From: Candidatus Saccharimonadales bacterium
Lineage (GTDB): Bacteria; Patescibacteriota; Saccharimonadia; UBA4664; DATIHN01
Direction: 5' to 3'
DNA: 64,000 nt
Assembly: GCA_035480635.1 (NCBI GenBank)
Contig: DATIHN010000025.1
Span: forward strand, 12,384 to 76,383
In this document: piece after piece, positions 39,860 to 49,740 of the stretch
Layout: each line of letters starts with the position of its first letter
Position numbering within the stretch: position 1 is the first letter of the stretch
Translations under genes and position numbers: made by a program
The notes under the pieces: model-generated
The model's database searches: none
What the model saw: the letters and a program-made list of their open reading frames with translations, nothing else
What the model was told of the DNA's origin: nothing

Positions 39860-41652
39860 AAGATATCATCAAAATCATTCGTTATTCGTGGAGCCTGAAG
39901 CGCTTCTATATCGCGACCGCCATCATGGTGGTGACGATTTCTTTACTTAACCAAGTTTCGCCATTTATTTCTAAATTCTTAGTCGATAACATCGTCAAGC
40001 GGGGCACCGGGCAGGCGGTGCCGGCCAGCAAGTTTCTTATTTTACTAGCGGCTCTGTTTGCGATTTGGTTGATTATTACCATAATTACCAATGTCCAAGG
40101 CTATGTTGGCGATCTATTGGGCGCTAAACTAAACACCCTGCTGAGCCAGCGCTACTTTGATCACTTACTCAAACTGCCACTGGAATTCTACGATAATGAA
40201 ATCACCGGCCACATTACGGCCCGCCTGGATCGCAGTATTGCGACAATTTCGAGCCTGATGCAGGCCTTTGCCAATAACTTTATTGGCTTCTTTTTGACCA
40301 GTTTTTTTACGCTGATCATTTTGGCTAAATATTCCTGGGCTATCGCTCTGATGCTGGCTAGTCTGTTTCCGCTCTACATGTGGCTAACGACGCTATCGAG
40401 CCGCAGCTGGCAGGCCAAGCAGGCTGGTATCAACGCCGACGTCGATCAAGCTAATGGGCGCTTCATTGAAGCCATTTCCCAAATTCGAGTGGTGAAATCT
40501 TTTGCTCAGGAATTAACGGAAAGCAGGTTTTTTGCTGGCAAACGCCGAGCCATCGAAGGCCAAACCAAAACTCAATCCAGGCAATGGCACAAATTCGACG
40601 TCTGGCGGCGCCTCAGCTTGAACCTAGTCTTCTTTGGCATTTACTCCATCATAATTTGGCAGGCCATAAACGGCCATTTTGGCCCGGTTCAGCAGGCTGT
40701 CGGTACGGTTGTGCTGCTACTGCAATTAACCGAGCAGGCCCAGTTTCCGCTATTTGCCTCATCGTTCATCGTCGATAACGTTCAAAAAGCCATTGCCGGC
40801 AGTAAAGACTTTTTTTCGATCATGGATCTAGAGCCTTCGATCCAAGATGACCCCGATGCTAAAACCCTAAAAGTCGACCGGGCTCGAGTTGAATACAACA
40901 AAGTCGATTTTAGCTATGATGGTGGTCAAAAAGTCTTAAAAGACGTCTCCTTTACCATTGAGCCCGGCACTAAACTTGCCTTAGTGGGGGAGAGTGGCCA
41001 AGGCAAGACCACCATTGCCAATTTACTGCTGCGCTTCTACCTACCCTCTAAAGGAGCCATTACGGTTGATGGGGCCAATATCAATGGTGTGACCCAAGAA
41101 TCGCTCAGGCAGCAAGTCGCGGTCGTCTTCCAGGAACCAGCGCTGTTTTCCGGCTCGGTGGCCGAAAATATTACTTATGGTAGCCAAAAAGTTACCGAAG
41201 CTGCCATGACTGAGGCCGCTAAAGCCGCTAATGCTCTCGATTTTGTGAATAAATTGCCCAAGGGCTTCGATACCGAAATCGGCGAACGTGGCGTTAAGCT
41301 CTCTGGCGGTCAAAAACAGCGCATCGCCATTGCTCGGGCCATATTAAAAAACGCCCCGATATTGATCCTAGATGAGGCCACCAGTTCGCTAGATAGCCGG
41401 GCTGAGCGCGAAGTCCAAGAGGCCCTAGATCACCTGATGGCTGAGCGCACCACCATGATTATTGCTCACCGCCTCTCGACTATTGCTGGTGTCGATACAA
41501 TTGTGACCCTCAAAGATGGGCAGGTGGATGAAATTGGTTCCCCCGAGGAATTATCCAAAACCGAAGGTATTTATGCTCAACTACTTGAGCTCCAAGCCCC
41601 AACCAAAGCCAACAAAGCCCTGCTGCGTAAATTTGATATTGCCAAGACATAG
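39856..41652 (+). CDS. ABC exporter, fused permease/ATPase
   Basis: TM domain plus GESGQGKTT, LSGGQKQR, ILDEATS. Confidence 0.95.
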   Translation: MKDIIKIIRYSWSLKRFYIATAIMVVTISLLNQVSPFISKFLVDNIVKRGTGQAVPASKFLILLAALFAIWLIITIITNVQGYVGDLLGAKLNTLLSQRYFDHLLKLPLEFYDNEITGHITARLDRSIATISSLMQAFANNFIGFFLTSFFTLIILAKYSWAIALMLASLFPLYMWLTTLSSRSWQAKQAGINADVDQANGRFIEAISQIRVVKSFAQELTESRFFAGKRRAIEGQTKTQSRQWHKFDVWRRLSLNLVFFGIYSIIIWQAINGHFGPVQQAVGTVVLLLQLTEQAQFPLFASSFIVDNVQKAIAGSKDFFSIMDLEPSIQDDPDAKTLKVDRARVEYNKVDFSYDGGQKVLKDVSFTIEPGTKLALVGESGQGKTTIANLLLRFYLPSKGAITVDGANINGVTQESLRQQVAVVFQEPALFSGSVAENITYGSQKVTEAAMTEAAKAANALDFVNKLPKGFDTEIGERGVKLSGGQKQRIAIARAILKNAPILILDEATSSLDSRAEREVQEALDHLMAERTTMIIAHRLSTIAGVDTIVTLKDGQVDEIGSPEELSKTEGIYAQLLELQAPTKANKALLRKFDIAKT

Positions 41653-41673
41653 GGCTTGGCCTATTGCCAAGAC

Positions 41674-42717
41674 TTAGGCTTCTCTTTGGTGGTGGTGAGT
41701 GTCTAGATAATCTCGAGCCATGATTTGGATACTGGCGGCCACCGGAATAGCCACTAAACCGCCCAAGAGCCCGCCTAAGCCAGCCCCGATCAAAACGGCT
41801 ACTAGGACTAGTAATGGCGAGATGCGGACCGTTTTGCCGTAAACCAAGGGTTGTAAGATGTGGTTTTCGGTTTGCTGGTAGACCAGGAAAAAGATCAGCA
41901 TGATGACGGCGGCCGTGACAGATTGGAACAAGGCCACGATCACCACCGCGATCGAGCCCAGGGTTGCTCCAACCAATGGGACTAAATCCATTATGCCCAC
42001 GAAAATCGCCAGCGGCGCCGCGTAGGGTATACCCAGAATAATTAGCATGATCCCAGAGGTAATCGCAGCGATGATACTGGTTAAGATGTTGCCGTTGACG
42101 TAACCGGTGGTGGCCACATACATATCACGCGTTAGTTTTTGGTAATGCGGCTTCTTAGCCGAATGATACCTGGCCCAAGCGCCTTCGATCCAACCATGAC
42201 CCTCTAGCAACATGAATATCGTTAGAGCAAAAACCGTTACGGTAGCCGCCAGACTTGAGAAGATATCGCGCACAACAGTAAAGAAGGATCCGCCAAAGGT
42301 CGTAACTTGATGGACTAGTTGAGTTTGATCCGATTTTACCCGGGTAACCAAATCGTATTTGCGAATGGCCTGACCAACCACGTTATCGGAGTGCACCAAA
42401 TTATCGGTGTAGTTTGGCAGATTATTAACCAGGCCTTGGGACTGATGCACCACTGGCGGTACTAGTGAGGCAATAATAAAACCGAGGGCCGCAATCAAAA
42501 TGGTGATTGTAACGGTTATGGCCAGACCTCGATTGCCCCGAGTGAAGTGTTTTCGAAACCATTCAACAGCCGGGTTCAGGGCAACGGCTAAGAAAAAGGC
42601 CGTCCCAATCCAAATCAATTGCCGATGGACTTGCACTGCTACCCAGACGATTAGAATAAAACTGGTAATAATAATCAGGATGCGGTAGATGTTTTTGGCG
42701 CTGGTATCCATTAGCAC
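41674..42717 (-). CDS. AI-2E family (PerM-like) transporter
   Basis: ALNPAVE, LVPLVGA, QQTENHILQPLVYG, IPVAA. Confidence 0.9.
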   Translation of the reverse strand: MLMDTSAKNIYRILIIITSFILIVWVAVQVHRQLIWIGTAFFLAVALNPAVEWFRKHFTRGNRGLAITVTITILIAALGFIIASLVPPVVHQSQGLVNNLPNYTDNLVHSDNVVGQAIRKYDLVTRVKSDQTQLVHQVTTFGGSFFTVVRDIFSSLAATVTVFALTIFMLLEGHGWIEGAWARYHSAKKPHYQKLTRDMYVATTGYVNGNILTSIIAAITSGIMLIILGIPYAAPLAIFVGIMDLVPLVGATLGSIAVVIVALFQSVTAAVIMLIFFLVYQQTENHILQPLVYGKTVRISPLLVLVAVLIGAGLGGLLGGLVAIPVAASIQIMARDYLDTHHHQREA

Positions 42718-42820
42718 TATTAGAGCACAGATTAGACCCTAGACGCAAACCCTCAAGATTGTAGAATAGCCTTTTTTCAGCTAAAATTCTTTAGTTAAGC
42801 AGGCCAAAGTTCATCATCGA

Positions 42821-42895
42821 TGGGGCGTAGCCAAGCGGTAAGGCAACGGGTTTTGGTCCCGTGATTCGCAGGTTCGAATCCTGCCGCCCCAGCCA
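42821..42895 (+). tRNA. tRNA-Gln (TTG)
   Basis: TGGGGCGTAGCCAAGCGGTAAGGCAACGGGTT-TTG-GTCCCGT..CCCCAGCCA. Confidence 0.97.
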
Positions 42896-42962
42896 AATGA
42901 GACATGGATTTTGACGCGTATAGGCGTATTATTAGAGCACAAAATTATTAGGAGGATTTAAT

Positions 42963-43391
42963 ATGGGTAAAATGAATCCGGTCGTACACTTCGAAATGGG
43001 CTATAACGACCAAGCCCGCATGGTTAAATTTTATGAGACGGCCTTTGGCTGGAAGGGCCAGCTGATGGGGGCAGAGATGGGTAATTACGTGGTGGCCCAA
43101 ACTACCGAGACCGACGCCGACGGCATGGTTCAAACCAAGGGCGCGATTAACGGCGGCTTTTATCAAAAAACGGATGATCCGATGAGCCAAGCCCCTTCGG
43201 TGGTAGTTTCAGTTGATGATGTCGGTGCTAGTATGAAAGCGGTCGAAGCTGCTGGCGGAAAGATTTTGGGCGGTATGGACCAAAAAGGCCAACACACCAT
43301 GGAACCGCAGATGATTCCCGGCGTTGGTTTGTGGATATCAGCCATGGATACGGAAGGTAATCGGTTTTCTATCCTACAGGCTAAGACCTAA
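42963..43391 (+). CDS. VOC (glyoxalase/bleomycin-resistance) family protein
   Basis: NPVVHFEM, FYETAFGW, INGG, DTEGN. Confidence 0.9.
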   Translation: MGKMNPVVHFEMGYNDQARMVKFYETAFGWKGQLMGAEMGNYVVAQTTETDADGMVQTKGAINGGFYQKTDDPMSQAPSVVVSVDDVGASMKAVEAAGGKILGGMDQKGQHTMEPQMIPGVGLWISAMDTEGNRFSILQAKT

Positions 43392-43428
43392 ATACTCAGT
43401 CTAACGAGTCAACAATTGTGAATTGAGA

Positions 43429-43458
43429 TGAGCTCCGGATTTCCGGAGCTCAGGTTTT
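43429..43458 (+). terminator. Intrinsic terminator
   Basis: TGAGCTCCGGA/TCCGGAGCTCA followed by GGTTTT. Confidence 0.6.
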
Positions 43459-43571
43459 AGGCCGGCGGGTCAGACGTAAAGATGTATTTTGAATACGTTT
43501 AAGCTTGCTAGTCTAGTCAATCATTGCCAGAATATCGGAGTCGGAAAGGCCGACACCTATGAGGGAGTACC

Positions 43572-45224
43572 TTGATGTCAAAAACTGCGTTGTTGTCGGT
43601 CTACGACAAGACGGGGCTAGCTGAATTCGCTCGCGCGTTGGTTGAACTCGGATTCGATTTGGTCTCGAGCGGGGGAACCAGCAAAGCGCTGGCAGCTGCC
43701 GGCATTCCGCACCGACAAGTCCAAGAAGTCACCGGTTTCCCGGAAATGATGGATGGTCGCGTCAAGACCTTGCATCCGATGATCTTGGGCGGCATTTTGG
43801 CCAACCGAGCGGTGCCTGGGCACATGGACGATCTGGTCACGCACCAAATTGGCGCGATCGATCTAGTCGTCTGCAACCTCTACCCGTTTACGGTAACGGT
43901 GGCCTCGGGCGCCGATTGGGACACCTGCATCGAGAATATCGATGTCGGTGGGCCAACTATGGTGCGAGCAGCGGCCAAGAATCATGCTGCGGTTGGGGTC
44001 GTTGTTGATCCGGCTGATTACCCCAGAGTTGTGACCGAATTGCGCAACCATGGCGGTCTCTTGAAAGAGACATGCCTGGATCTGGCCAAAAAGGCTTTTG
44101 CCCACACTGCCGCCTACGACACCGACATTGCAGAGTGGATTTCGGACGGTGGCTTCAGGGGCATGTTAGTCAAATTGGCCCAAAAGTGCAGCTACGGCGA
44201 AAACGCCTGGCAAACGCCAGCCGGTGTGTATTCGACCGGCCGGACAGATCCACTCGGCTTCAGCCAGTTTGATTTGATCGAAGGCGCCCCCGCCAGTTAC
44301 AACAACTGGGTCGAGGTGGCTGACAGGCAGCCTCAAACTCTGACTCATATTGCCGCTGGTTTCGAGCGCAACTTCGGCGGGCCGCCGTTCATTGCTATTG
44401 GCACAAAGCATGGCAATTGTTGTGGTGCGGCCGTAGGCGATAACCCTGCCGAGGTCATTCGCAAAATGCTGGCGGGCAATTTGAAGTCGATTCACGGCGG
44501 TTTGGTCATGACTAACTTCGCTATCGATAGCGAGCTGGCCGAAATCATCAGGTCGTGGAACATCGGCAACATGAAACGTCGGATTCTCGACGTCATTTCA
44601 GCGCCCGATTTTACCGACGAAGCCATCAGCATCTTGAAGCGCAAAGATGGTAAGTGCCGCTTCTTCGTTAACCCGAATCTGGTCGATGTAGGTGAGGCTA
44701 TGCTCGATGAAGCCCCGCGCTTGCGCTACATTCGTGGCGGATTCTTGCGAGAACCCAACTACACCTACGTTCTTGACTTCAATCACCCGGAATTCTCATG
44801 GCCCTTCGGTGAGCCAGAGCTAGAAGTTCGTGAAAGTGCCGTCTTGGCCTGGGCAGTTGGTTCGACTTCCAATTCCAACACCATGACGTTAGTTCGCGGC
44901 GGCCAATTGCTCGGCAATGGAGTCGGTCAACAAGATCGAGTCGGGGCCGCTCAGCTGGCCCTAAAGATTGCGGCTGATGCAGGCCATGGCTTCGATGAAT
45001 CCGGTCGATTCCTCGACTGGTACAAGTCTCCTCGGGTCGTGGCCTACAGCGACAGCTTTATGCCATTCCGGGATGCAGCCGAAACTCTATTAGCTGCCGG
45101 GGTTTGGGCAGTCATTGCAACAAACGGATCCATCAATGACCAAGAGGTTGAGGACGTTTTCGCCACAACCGGTTGTTTGGGTTGGCTACCGGATTCGGCT
45201 GGTCGCGGCTTCTTCAACCACTGA
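43572..45224 (+). CDS. purH: Bifunctional IMP cyclohydrolase / AICAR transformylase (divergent C-terminal domain)
   Basis: ALLSVYDKTG, GRVKTLHP, NLYPF, IDVGGPTMVRAAAKN, YGEN, KHGN, SDSFMPF. Confidence 0.9.
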   Translation: MMSKTALLSVYDKTGLAEFARALVELGFDLVSSGGTSKALAAAGIPHRQVQEVTGFPEMMDGRVKTLHPMILGGILANRAVPGHMDDLVTHQIGAIDLVVCNLYPFTVTVASGADWDTCIENIDVGGPTMVRAAAKNHAAVGVVVDPADYPRVVTELRNHGGLLKETCLDLAKKAFAHTAAYDTDIAEWISDGGFRGMLVKLAQKCSYGENAWQTPAGVYSTGRTDPLGFSQFDLIEGAPASYNNWVEVADRQPQTLTHIAAGFERNFGGPPFIAIGTKHGNCCGAAVGDNPAEVIRKMLAGNLKSIHGGLVMTNFAIDSELAEIIRSWNIGNMKRRILDVISAPDFTDEAISILKRKDGKCRFFVNPNLVDVGEAMLDEAPRLRYIRGGFLREPNYTYVLDFNHPEFSWPFGEPELEVRESAVLAWAVGSTSNSNTMTLVRGGQLLGNGVGQQDRVGAAQLALKIAADAGHGFDESGRFLDWYKSPRVVAYSDSFMPFRDAAETLLAAGVWAVIATNGSINDQEVEDVFATTGCLGWLPDSAGRGFFNH

Positions 45225-45472
45225 TGAGCGACTTACGAGCGCTCGAGGAAGGTGAGCGTTACCGCTGCACAGCTTGCGGCAATCTGACTCGGTTCGACGT
45301 TGTTCATACCAAAAGGTCCCGCAGCTTCTACCACTTCACCGTTGGCGGCGAGCTGAGTGTCGAAGAGGACGAGGTCTTAAACGAAGAGATCGAAACCATT
45401 TCCTGCCGCTGGTGCGGAAGTGAGAAGATCGAGATCAACGTTGATTTGGCTCAGCCGGATCCAACCGGTTAA
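45224..45472 (+). CDS. Small CxxC..CxxC Zn-ribbon protein (family recalled from Actinobacteria)
   Basis: RCTACGNLTRFDV..CRWCG; TGATG coupling to purH. Confidence 0.8.
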   Translation: MSDLRALEEGERYRCTACGNLTRFDVVHTKRSRSFYHFTVGGELSVEEDEVLNEEIETISCRWCGSEKIEINVDLAQPDPTG

Positions 45473-45476
45473 ACAG

Positions 45477-45521
45477 ACTCCTTGCCTTGAAGGAAACTTC
45501 GGGGCAGGGAGTTAATCTTTT
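45477..45521 (+). terminator. Intrinsic terminator, GAAA loop
   Basis: ACTCCTTGCCTTGAAG-GAAA-CTTCGGGGCAGGGAGT then TAATCTTTT. Confidence 0.75.
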
Positions 45522-45634
45522 ATTAACGCTCTAGATGGTCAATTGTTTGTTGAGTCAAATTCTTTCGACTTATGCTGCGACATTATAAACTTTATGATCC
45601 TCTGTGATTACAAGAACCTCGACAAGGAGTAACG

Positions 45635-45970
45635 GTGGAGCCTAAGCATAATGCTGAACTGGAACGCTGGCTTCAAATCAAGGGTAGAGCCACCCGAAAG
45701 GCCTACGACTTCATGTCTAGGCGCCTGCGCTACGTTGGGCGCCGCGGCTTGACGAGACGAGAATTGCTTGACGCCTTTTTGCCTCGTCTAAGCAAGGCCG
45801 AAAGAGAAGCCCTCTACGACAGCTCTTGTTACTACTACGAATCGCAAGAAGGTCCATACGACCGGGTGATTGAGCAAGCGCTCGAATGGAACGTCATTGC
45901 CATCAGCCCCGATGACGGCCGGAGATTTATCTTGGGTCCTAGGGCCACACCACCTCGCCGGAAGCGCTGA
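45635..45970 (+). CDS. Hypothetical basic protein
   Basis: AAGGAG SD before GTG; own terminator. Confidence 0.7.
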   Translation: MEPKHNAELERWLQIKGRATRKAYDFMSRRLRYVGRRGLTRRELLDAFLPRLSKAEREALYDSSCYYYESQEGPYDRVIEQALEWNVIAISPDDGRRFILGPRATPPRRKR

Positions 45971-45973
45971 TTA

Positions 45974-46020
45974 CAAGCCTAGCTCTGGAGCAATCCGGGG
46001 CTGGGCTTGAGTTTCTTTTT
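45974..46020 (+). terminator. Intrinsic terminator, GCAA loop
   Basis: CAAGCCTAGCTCTGGA-GCAA-TCCGGGGCTGGGCTTG then AGTTTCTTTTT. Confidence 0.75.
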
Positions 46021-46078
46021 AGCCATGTTATGGTAGTCGTATAGTTTTTTATTACTAAATATTAGAGAGGGTGCAAAG

Positions 46079-46642
46079 ATGGTAGAAGAAATTATTAACG
46101 AAACTTCGGCAGCAGTCGTGGCCGCCGTCAAAGGGGTCGATGACGTCTTGGGAGCTATTCTAGACGTGGTAAAAAATCAGATGATCAAGGTTATGAAAGA
46201 TACTGGTGAAGTTTCCGGCACCGGCATCGAAGTCGTAGCCTCAGTCGCGAGCGGTGCCATAAAAGGCGGGGGCGAAGTTGGGGCATCACTCACGGATGTG
46301 GCCGTCAACACCATGCACGGCGTTGTCAGCGGAGCCAGCCAAGTGAGTGGTGATGTGACCGCCGCCATTCGCCAAGCCGCCGCTGGAATCATTCACGCTA
46401 CCGCCGCCAGTGGTGGCGACGTGGGAGCTGCGGCCGTAGCGGCAGTTGATGGAGCTATCAAAGCTGCTGGCAAAGCCGGCACCGATTCGGCAGCAGCGGC
46501 CACCTCGGCCGTCGGTGGCACATTGGATGGAGCCGCTAGCGTTGGTCTAGATGCGGTCAGCAAAGTTAAAGAAGCCTTGGAATCAGCTGCAGAGTTGCCT
46601 CGCGATGTCATCGAAGCCGCTCTGAAGGGCAGCGACAAATAA
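46079..46642 (+). CDS. Ala/Gly/Val-rich protein with 22-aa helical repeats
   Basis: Five exact-length 22-residue units starting GAIK/GVVS/GIIH/GAIK/GTLD. Confidence 0.75.
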   Translation: MVEEIINETSAAVVAAVKGVDDVLGAILDVVKNQMIKVMKDTGEVSGTGIEVVASVASGAIKGGGEVGASLTDVAVNTMHGVVSGASQVSGDVTAAIRQAAAGIIHATAASGGDVGAAAVAAVDGAIKAAGKAGTDSAAAATSAVGGTLDGAASVGLDAVSKVKEALESAAELPRDVIEAALKGSDK

Positions 46643-46654
46643 GCCTGAGGAATT

Positions 46655-46906
46655 ATGCCTAAAGTCAAAATCTACACCACCACGACCTGTCCATACTGTC
46701 GAGCTGAAAAGAAATACCTGACTTCCAAAGGAATTAAATTTGAAGACATCGTGCTCGACCAGCAACCGGAGGAAATTCAAACCTCAGTTGATACTTGCGG
46801 TTCGAACGGGGTGCCCTGCACCCACATCACCAAAGATGACGGTAGTGAGATTAATATTCTGGGTTTTGATCAACCCAAAATCGACGAAGCTCTCGGCCTA
46901 AACTAA
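46655..46906 (+). CDS. Glutaredoxin-like protein
   Basis: IYTTTTCPYC, GVP, ILGFD. Confidence 0.92.
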   Translation: MPKVKIYTTTTCPYCRAEKKYLTSKGIKFEDIVLDQQPEEIQTSVDTCGSNGVPCTHITKDDGSEINILGFDQPKIDEALGLN

Positions 46907-46919
46907 GTCTGGATTCGTG

Positions 46920-46948
46920 TTGAACTGATTCGGGTCATAACTTATACT
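46920..46948 (+). promoter_or_regulatory. sigma70 promoter of purB
   Basis: TTGAAC-17 nt-TATACT, followed by hairpin AAGCGGC-GTGA-GCCGCTT. Confidence 0.65.
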
Positions 46949-47007
46949 TGAGCCCAAGCGGCGTGAGCCGCTTTGTTCGTTGAATTACCCGCAACTGCCC
47001 TGGAGGC

Positions 47008-48309
47008 ATGATGCTAGAACGCTACACCTTGCCCGAAATGGGCCAACACTTCACCGACGTGGCGATATGGGATGCATGTAGGGACGTCGAGTTGGCCGCT
47101 GTTAGGGCCCGAGTCTTGTTGGGTCTAAATAGCGATGAGGACGTCGCAGCCATCTTGCAACGAACGCCGGTCATCACGCCAGCAGTAGTTGATCGAATAA
47201 AAGAACGCGAAAGGACTACCGATCACGACGTCGCGGCCTTCGTGGACATAATGCAAGAGGACATCGCTTCGCCGGACTCACGTTGGTTTCATTACGGCCT
47301 AACAGCGGCCGATGTCACGGATACGGCGCTTGGCTTGCGTCTAACCCGGGCGTCCGATTTGTTGATCGAAGTCGGCGAAAAGCTGCTTGCGACTATGTGC
47401 GCTAGAGCGCGCGAATTCCGCTATACGCCTACGGCCGGGCAGACCCACGGCCAGCAAGCCGAGATCATCACCTTCGGGGTGCGTCTATCTAACTGGGCAA
47501 TGATGATTGAAAGGGCTCTTTCGACCCTGAGGCTGGCTCGTGAGGAGATCGCCGTCGGCACTCTAAGTGGGCCTTGCGGAACCTACACCAACGTCGATCC
47601 AGAGATTGAGGGTGCCGTTTGCCTGGCTTTGGGGCTGCAGCCAATCATGGCTACCCAGGTGATCCCACGCGATTTGCACGCCAACCTCACCTATGCCTGC
47701 GCTCGCTTGGCCAATTCGATCGCCCAGTTCTCCTTCAACACTCGGATCATGGCCACATCCCAGTACGGAGAGGTTCAAGAAAAGACACGGCCGGGGCAAA
47801 AGGGTAGCACATCCATGCCGCACAAGCGTAACCCAATCAAAACCGAGCAATTCACTGGGTTGGCGCGCGAATTTCATGGGTATTTAGTGACGGCTCTGCA
47901 AGATGTGGTACTCCTGTTTGAACGCGACATCTCCCACAGCGCACCAGAGCGCATCTTCCTTGCCGATGCCATGATCCTGGCTCACTACGTGACGGTCAAG
48001 GCCGAGCAAGTGCTGGCCGATCTGATCGTTAAGACAGACCGCATGGAACTCAACATTGAGGGCGGACTAGAGCTGATGTACACCCAGACGGTCCTAAATG
48101 CCCTGATGGACGGCGGGATGGAGCGCGACCAGGCCTACCGCATAATTCAGATGCTGTCGTTTAAGGCTATAGACGAGAATCGGCCATTGCGGGCAATTCT
48201 GGAAGAGGAGCAAGTCGGCGGTCTGTCGCCTGCCCGGCTAGACGATATCTTCGACCAAGGGCAGATGTTGCGATACTGCGACCTGATCATCGATCAGTTG
48301 CCTCGATAG
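47008..48309 (+). CDS. purB: Adenylosuccinate lyase
   Basis: ERY..PEM, HDVAAF, HYGLT, THGQ, GSTSMPHKRNP, ERDISHS. Confidence 0.95.
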   Translation: MMLERYTLPEMGQHFTDVAIWDACRDVELAAVRARVLLGLNSDEDVAAILQRTPVITPAVVDRIKERERTTDHDVAAFVDIMQEDIASPDSRWFHYGLTAADVTDTALGLRLTRASDLLIEVGEKLLATMCARAREFRYTPTAGQTHGQQAEIITFGVRLSNWAMMIERALSTLRLAREEIAVGTLSGPCGTYTNVDPEIEGAVCLALGLQPIMATQVIPRDLHANLTYACARLANSIAQFSFNTRIMATSQYGEVQEKTRPGQKGSTSMPHKRNPIKTEQFTGLAREFHGYLVTALQDVVLLFERDISHSAPERIFLADAMILAHYVTVKAEQVLADLIVKTDRMELNIEGGLELMYTQTVLNALMDGGMERDQAYRIIQMLSFKAIDENRPLRAILEEEQVGGLSPARLDDIFDQGQMLRYCDLIIDQLPR

Positions 48310-48325
48310 GCATGGATTCGATCAA

Positions 48326-48367
48326 AACCCCGCCCCGGCGCAAGTCTGGGCGGGGTTAGTCATTTTT
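48326..48367 (+). terminator. Intrinsic terminator, GCAA loop
   Basis: AACCCCGCCCCGGC-GCAA-GTCTGGGCGGGGTT then AGTCATTTTT. Confidence 0.7.
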
Positions 48368-48439
48368 AGGACTTTTACCAAGACCTACCGCCAACTATCA
48401 TATACACTAAAATAAGAATCTTTATGGAGAGGAATTATT

Positions 48440-48823
48440 ATGCAAGCTCAAGCAGCCTTTAGCGGCTTTTCGGTTGATGATATGGCCAAAGCCAAAGAGT
48501 TTTATGTTAGTACCTTGGGCCTTAAACTAATCGATGAGGTCATGGGCCTTAGACTAGCTTTGCCGGGCGGCAGTGGGGAAGTCTATATTTATCAAAAAGA
48601 TGATCACAGGCCAGCGACGTTTACGATTTTGAACTTTGTCGTTAGCGATATTGATGCTGCCGTGGCCGAGTTAGCGAGACAAGGGGTTAAGTTTGAACAT
48701 TATGAGGGTATGACGGATGAGGCTGGCATAGCTCGAGGTATTGCGGCCCATCAAGGTCCAGACATTGCCTGGTTCAAGGATCCGGCTGGCAACATTTTGG
48801 CGGTGCTGCACAACGAAGCCTAA
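48440..48823 (+). CDS. VOC family protein
   Basis: AFSGFSVDD, FY..TLGL, FTILNF, IAWFKDPAGN. Confidence 0.9.
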   Translation: MQAQAAFSGFSVDDMAKAKEFYVSTLGLKLIDEVMGLRLALPGGSGEVYIYQKDDHRPATFTILNFVVSDIDAAVAELARQGVKFEHYEGMTDEAGIARGIAAHQGPDIAWFKDPAGNILAVLHNEA

Positions 48824-48890
48824 TTTGGAAATTTGACTGAATCGATGTTGCTTCAACTTGCTATAATTTCGCTTAAGTAAGGAACTAACT

Positions 48891-49376
48891 ATGTCCAAAA
48901 TTACACCGCACCTCTGGTTTGACGCCCAAGCTGAAGAAGCCGCCAAGTTCTACGCTTCAATTTTTCCGAATTCCAAAGTTGGCGCCGTTAGCCGGTATGG
49001 CAAAGAAGGCCAAGAGGTTCATGGTATGCCAGAGGGCACGGCCATGACGGTTGAATTTACTTTAGCAGGGCAAGACTTCCTGGCTCTAAATGGGGGACCG
49101 CACTTTAAATTTAGCGAGGCCATTTCATTTGTGGTTAGCTGCAACGACCAAGCTGAGGTCGATCATTACTGGGAGGCCCTCTCGGCCGTTCCAGAATCCG
49201 AGCAGTGTGGTTGGTGTAAGGACAAGTTCGGCTTGAGTTGGCAGATTGTGCCCAAGCAATTAGGCCAACTGATGAGCGATCCTGACCACGAAAAAGCTGG
49301 TCGCGTCATGCAGGTTATGTTAAAAATGAAGAAGTTGGTAATTAAAGAATTAGAAGACGCTGCCAATCAAGTTTAG
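48891..49376 (+). CDS. VOC family protein (PhnB-like)
   Basis: KITPHLWFD, ALNGGP, QCGWCKDKFGLSWQIVP. Confidence 0.92.
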   Translation: MSKITPHLWFDAQAEEAAKFYASIFPNSKVGAVSRYGKEGQEVHGMPEGTAMTVEFTLAGQDFLALNGGPHFKFSEAISFVVSCNDQAEVDHYWEALSAVPESEQCGWCKDKFGLSWQIVPKQLGQLMSDPDHEKAGRVMQVMLKMKKLVIKELEDAANQV

Positions 49377-49398
49377 TATTAATCAAAAAGGATAAGCC

Positions 49399-49623
49399 AT
49401 GGCTGATTCAAAGGGTCCAGATATCGTAAAAATCAAAACCAGCAAAACTTATAAGGGCGGACACGCCGGCAGTGGAGCCGTCTACGGACTGGGCTTGCTT
49501 GGAGCGCTAGTCTACTACATCCAGCAATCCGACACCTTTTGGTTGCTGGTCTTGGGCATATTAAAAGCCCTAGTTTGGCCAGCTTTTCTGATTTACTATT
49601 TGCTAAAATTGGTCCGAGCCTAA
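49399..49623 (+). CDS. Small 2-TM membrane protein
   Basis: GAVYGLGLLGALVYY..ILKALVWPAFL. Confidence 0.75.
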   Translation: MADSKGPDIVKIKTSKTYKGGHAGSGAVYGLGLLGALVYYIQQSDTFWLLVLGILKALVWPAFLIYYLLKLVRA

Positions 49624-49740
49624 GCTTAATCAAGCGCTCGGCGCTGGGCCTAGCAATGCTCCAAAGTTTAGTTGCAAGTTTCGGTTATTTTTTGGCAGTT
49701 GGGCGGGTGACCATGGCCCCAGTGCTGATGCTAAAATTGA

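Noticed and set aside
43453-43571. ZMP/ZTP riboswitch upstream of purH
   Set aside because: The conserved pfl-motif blocks are not present, and the leader after the likely promoter is too short
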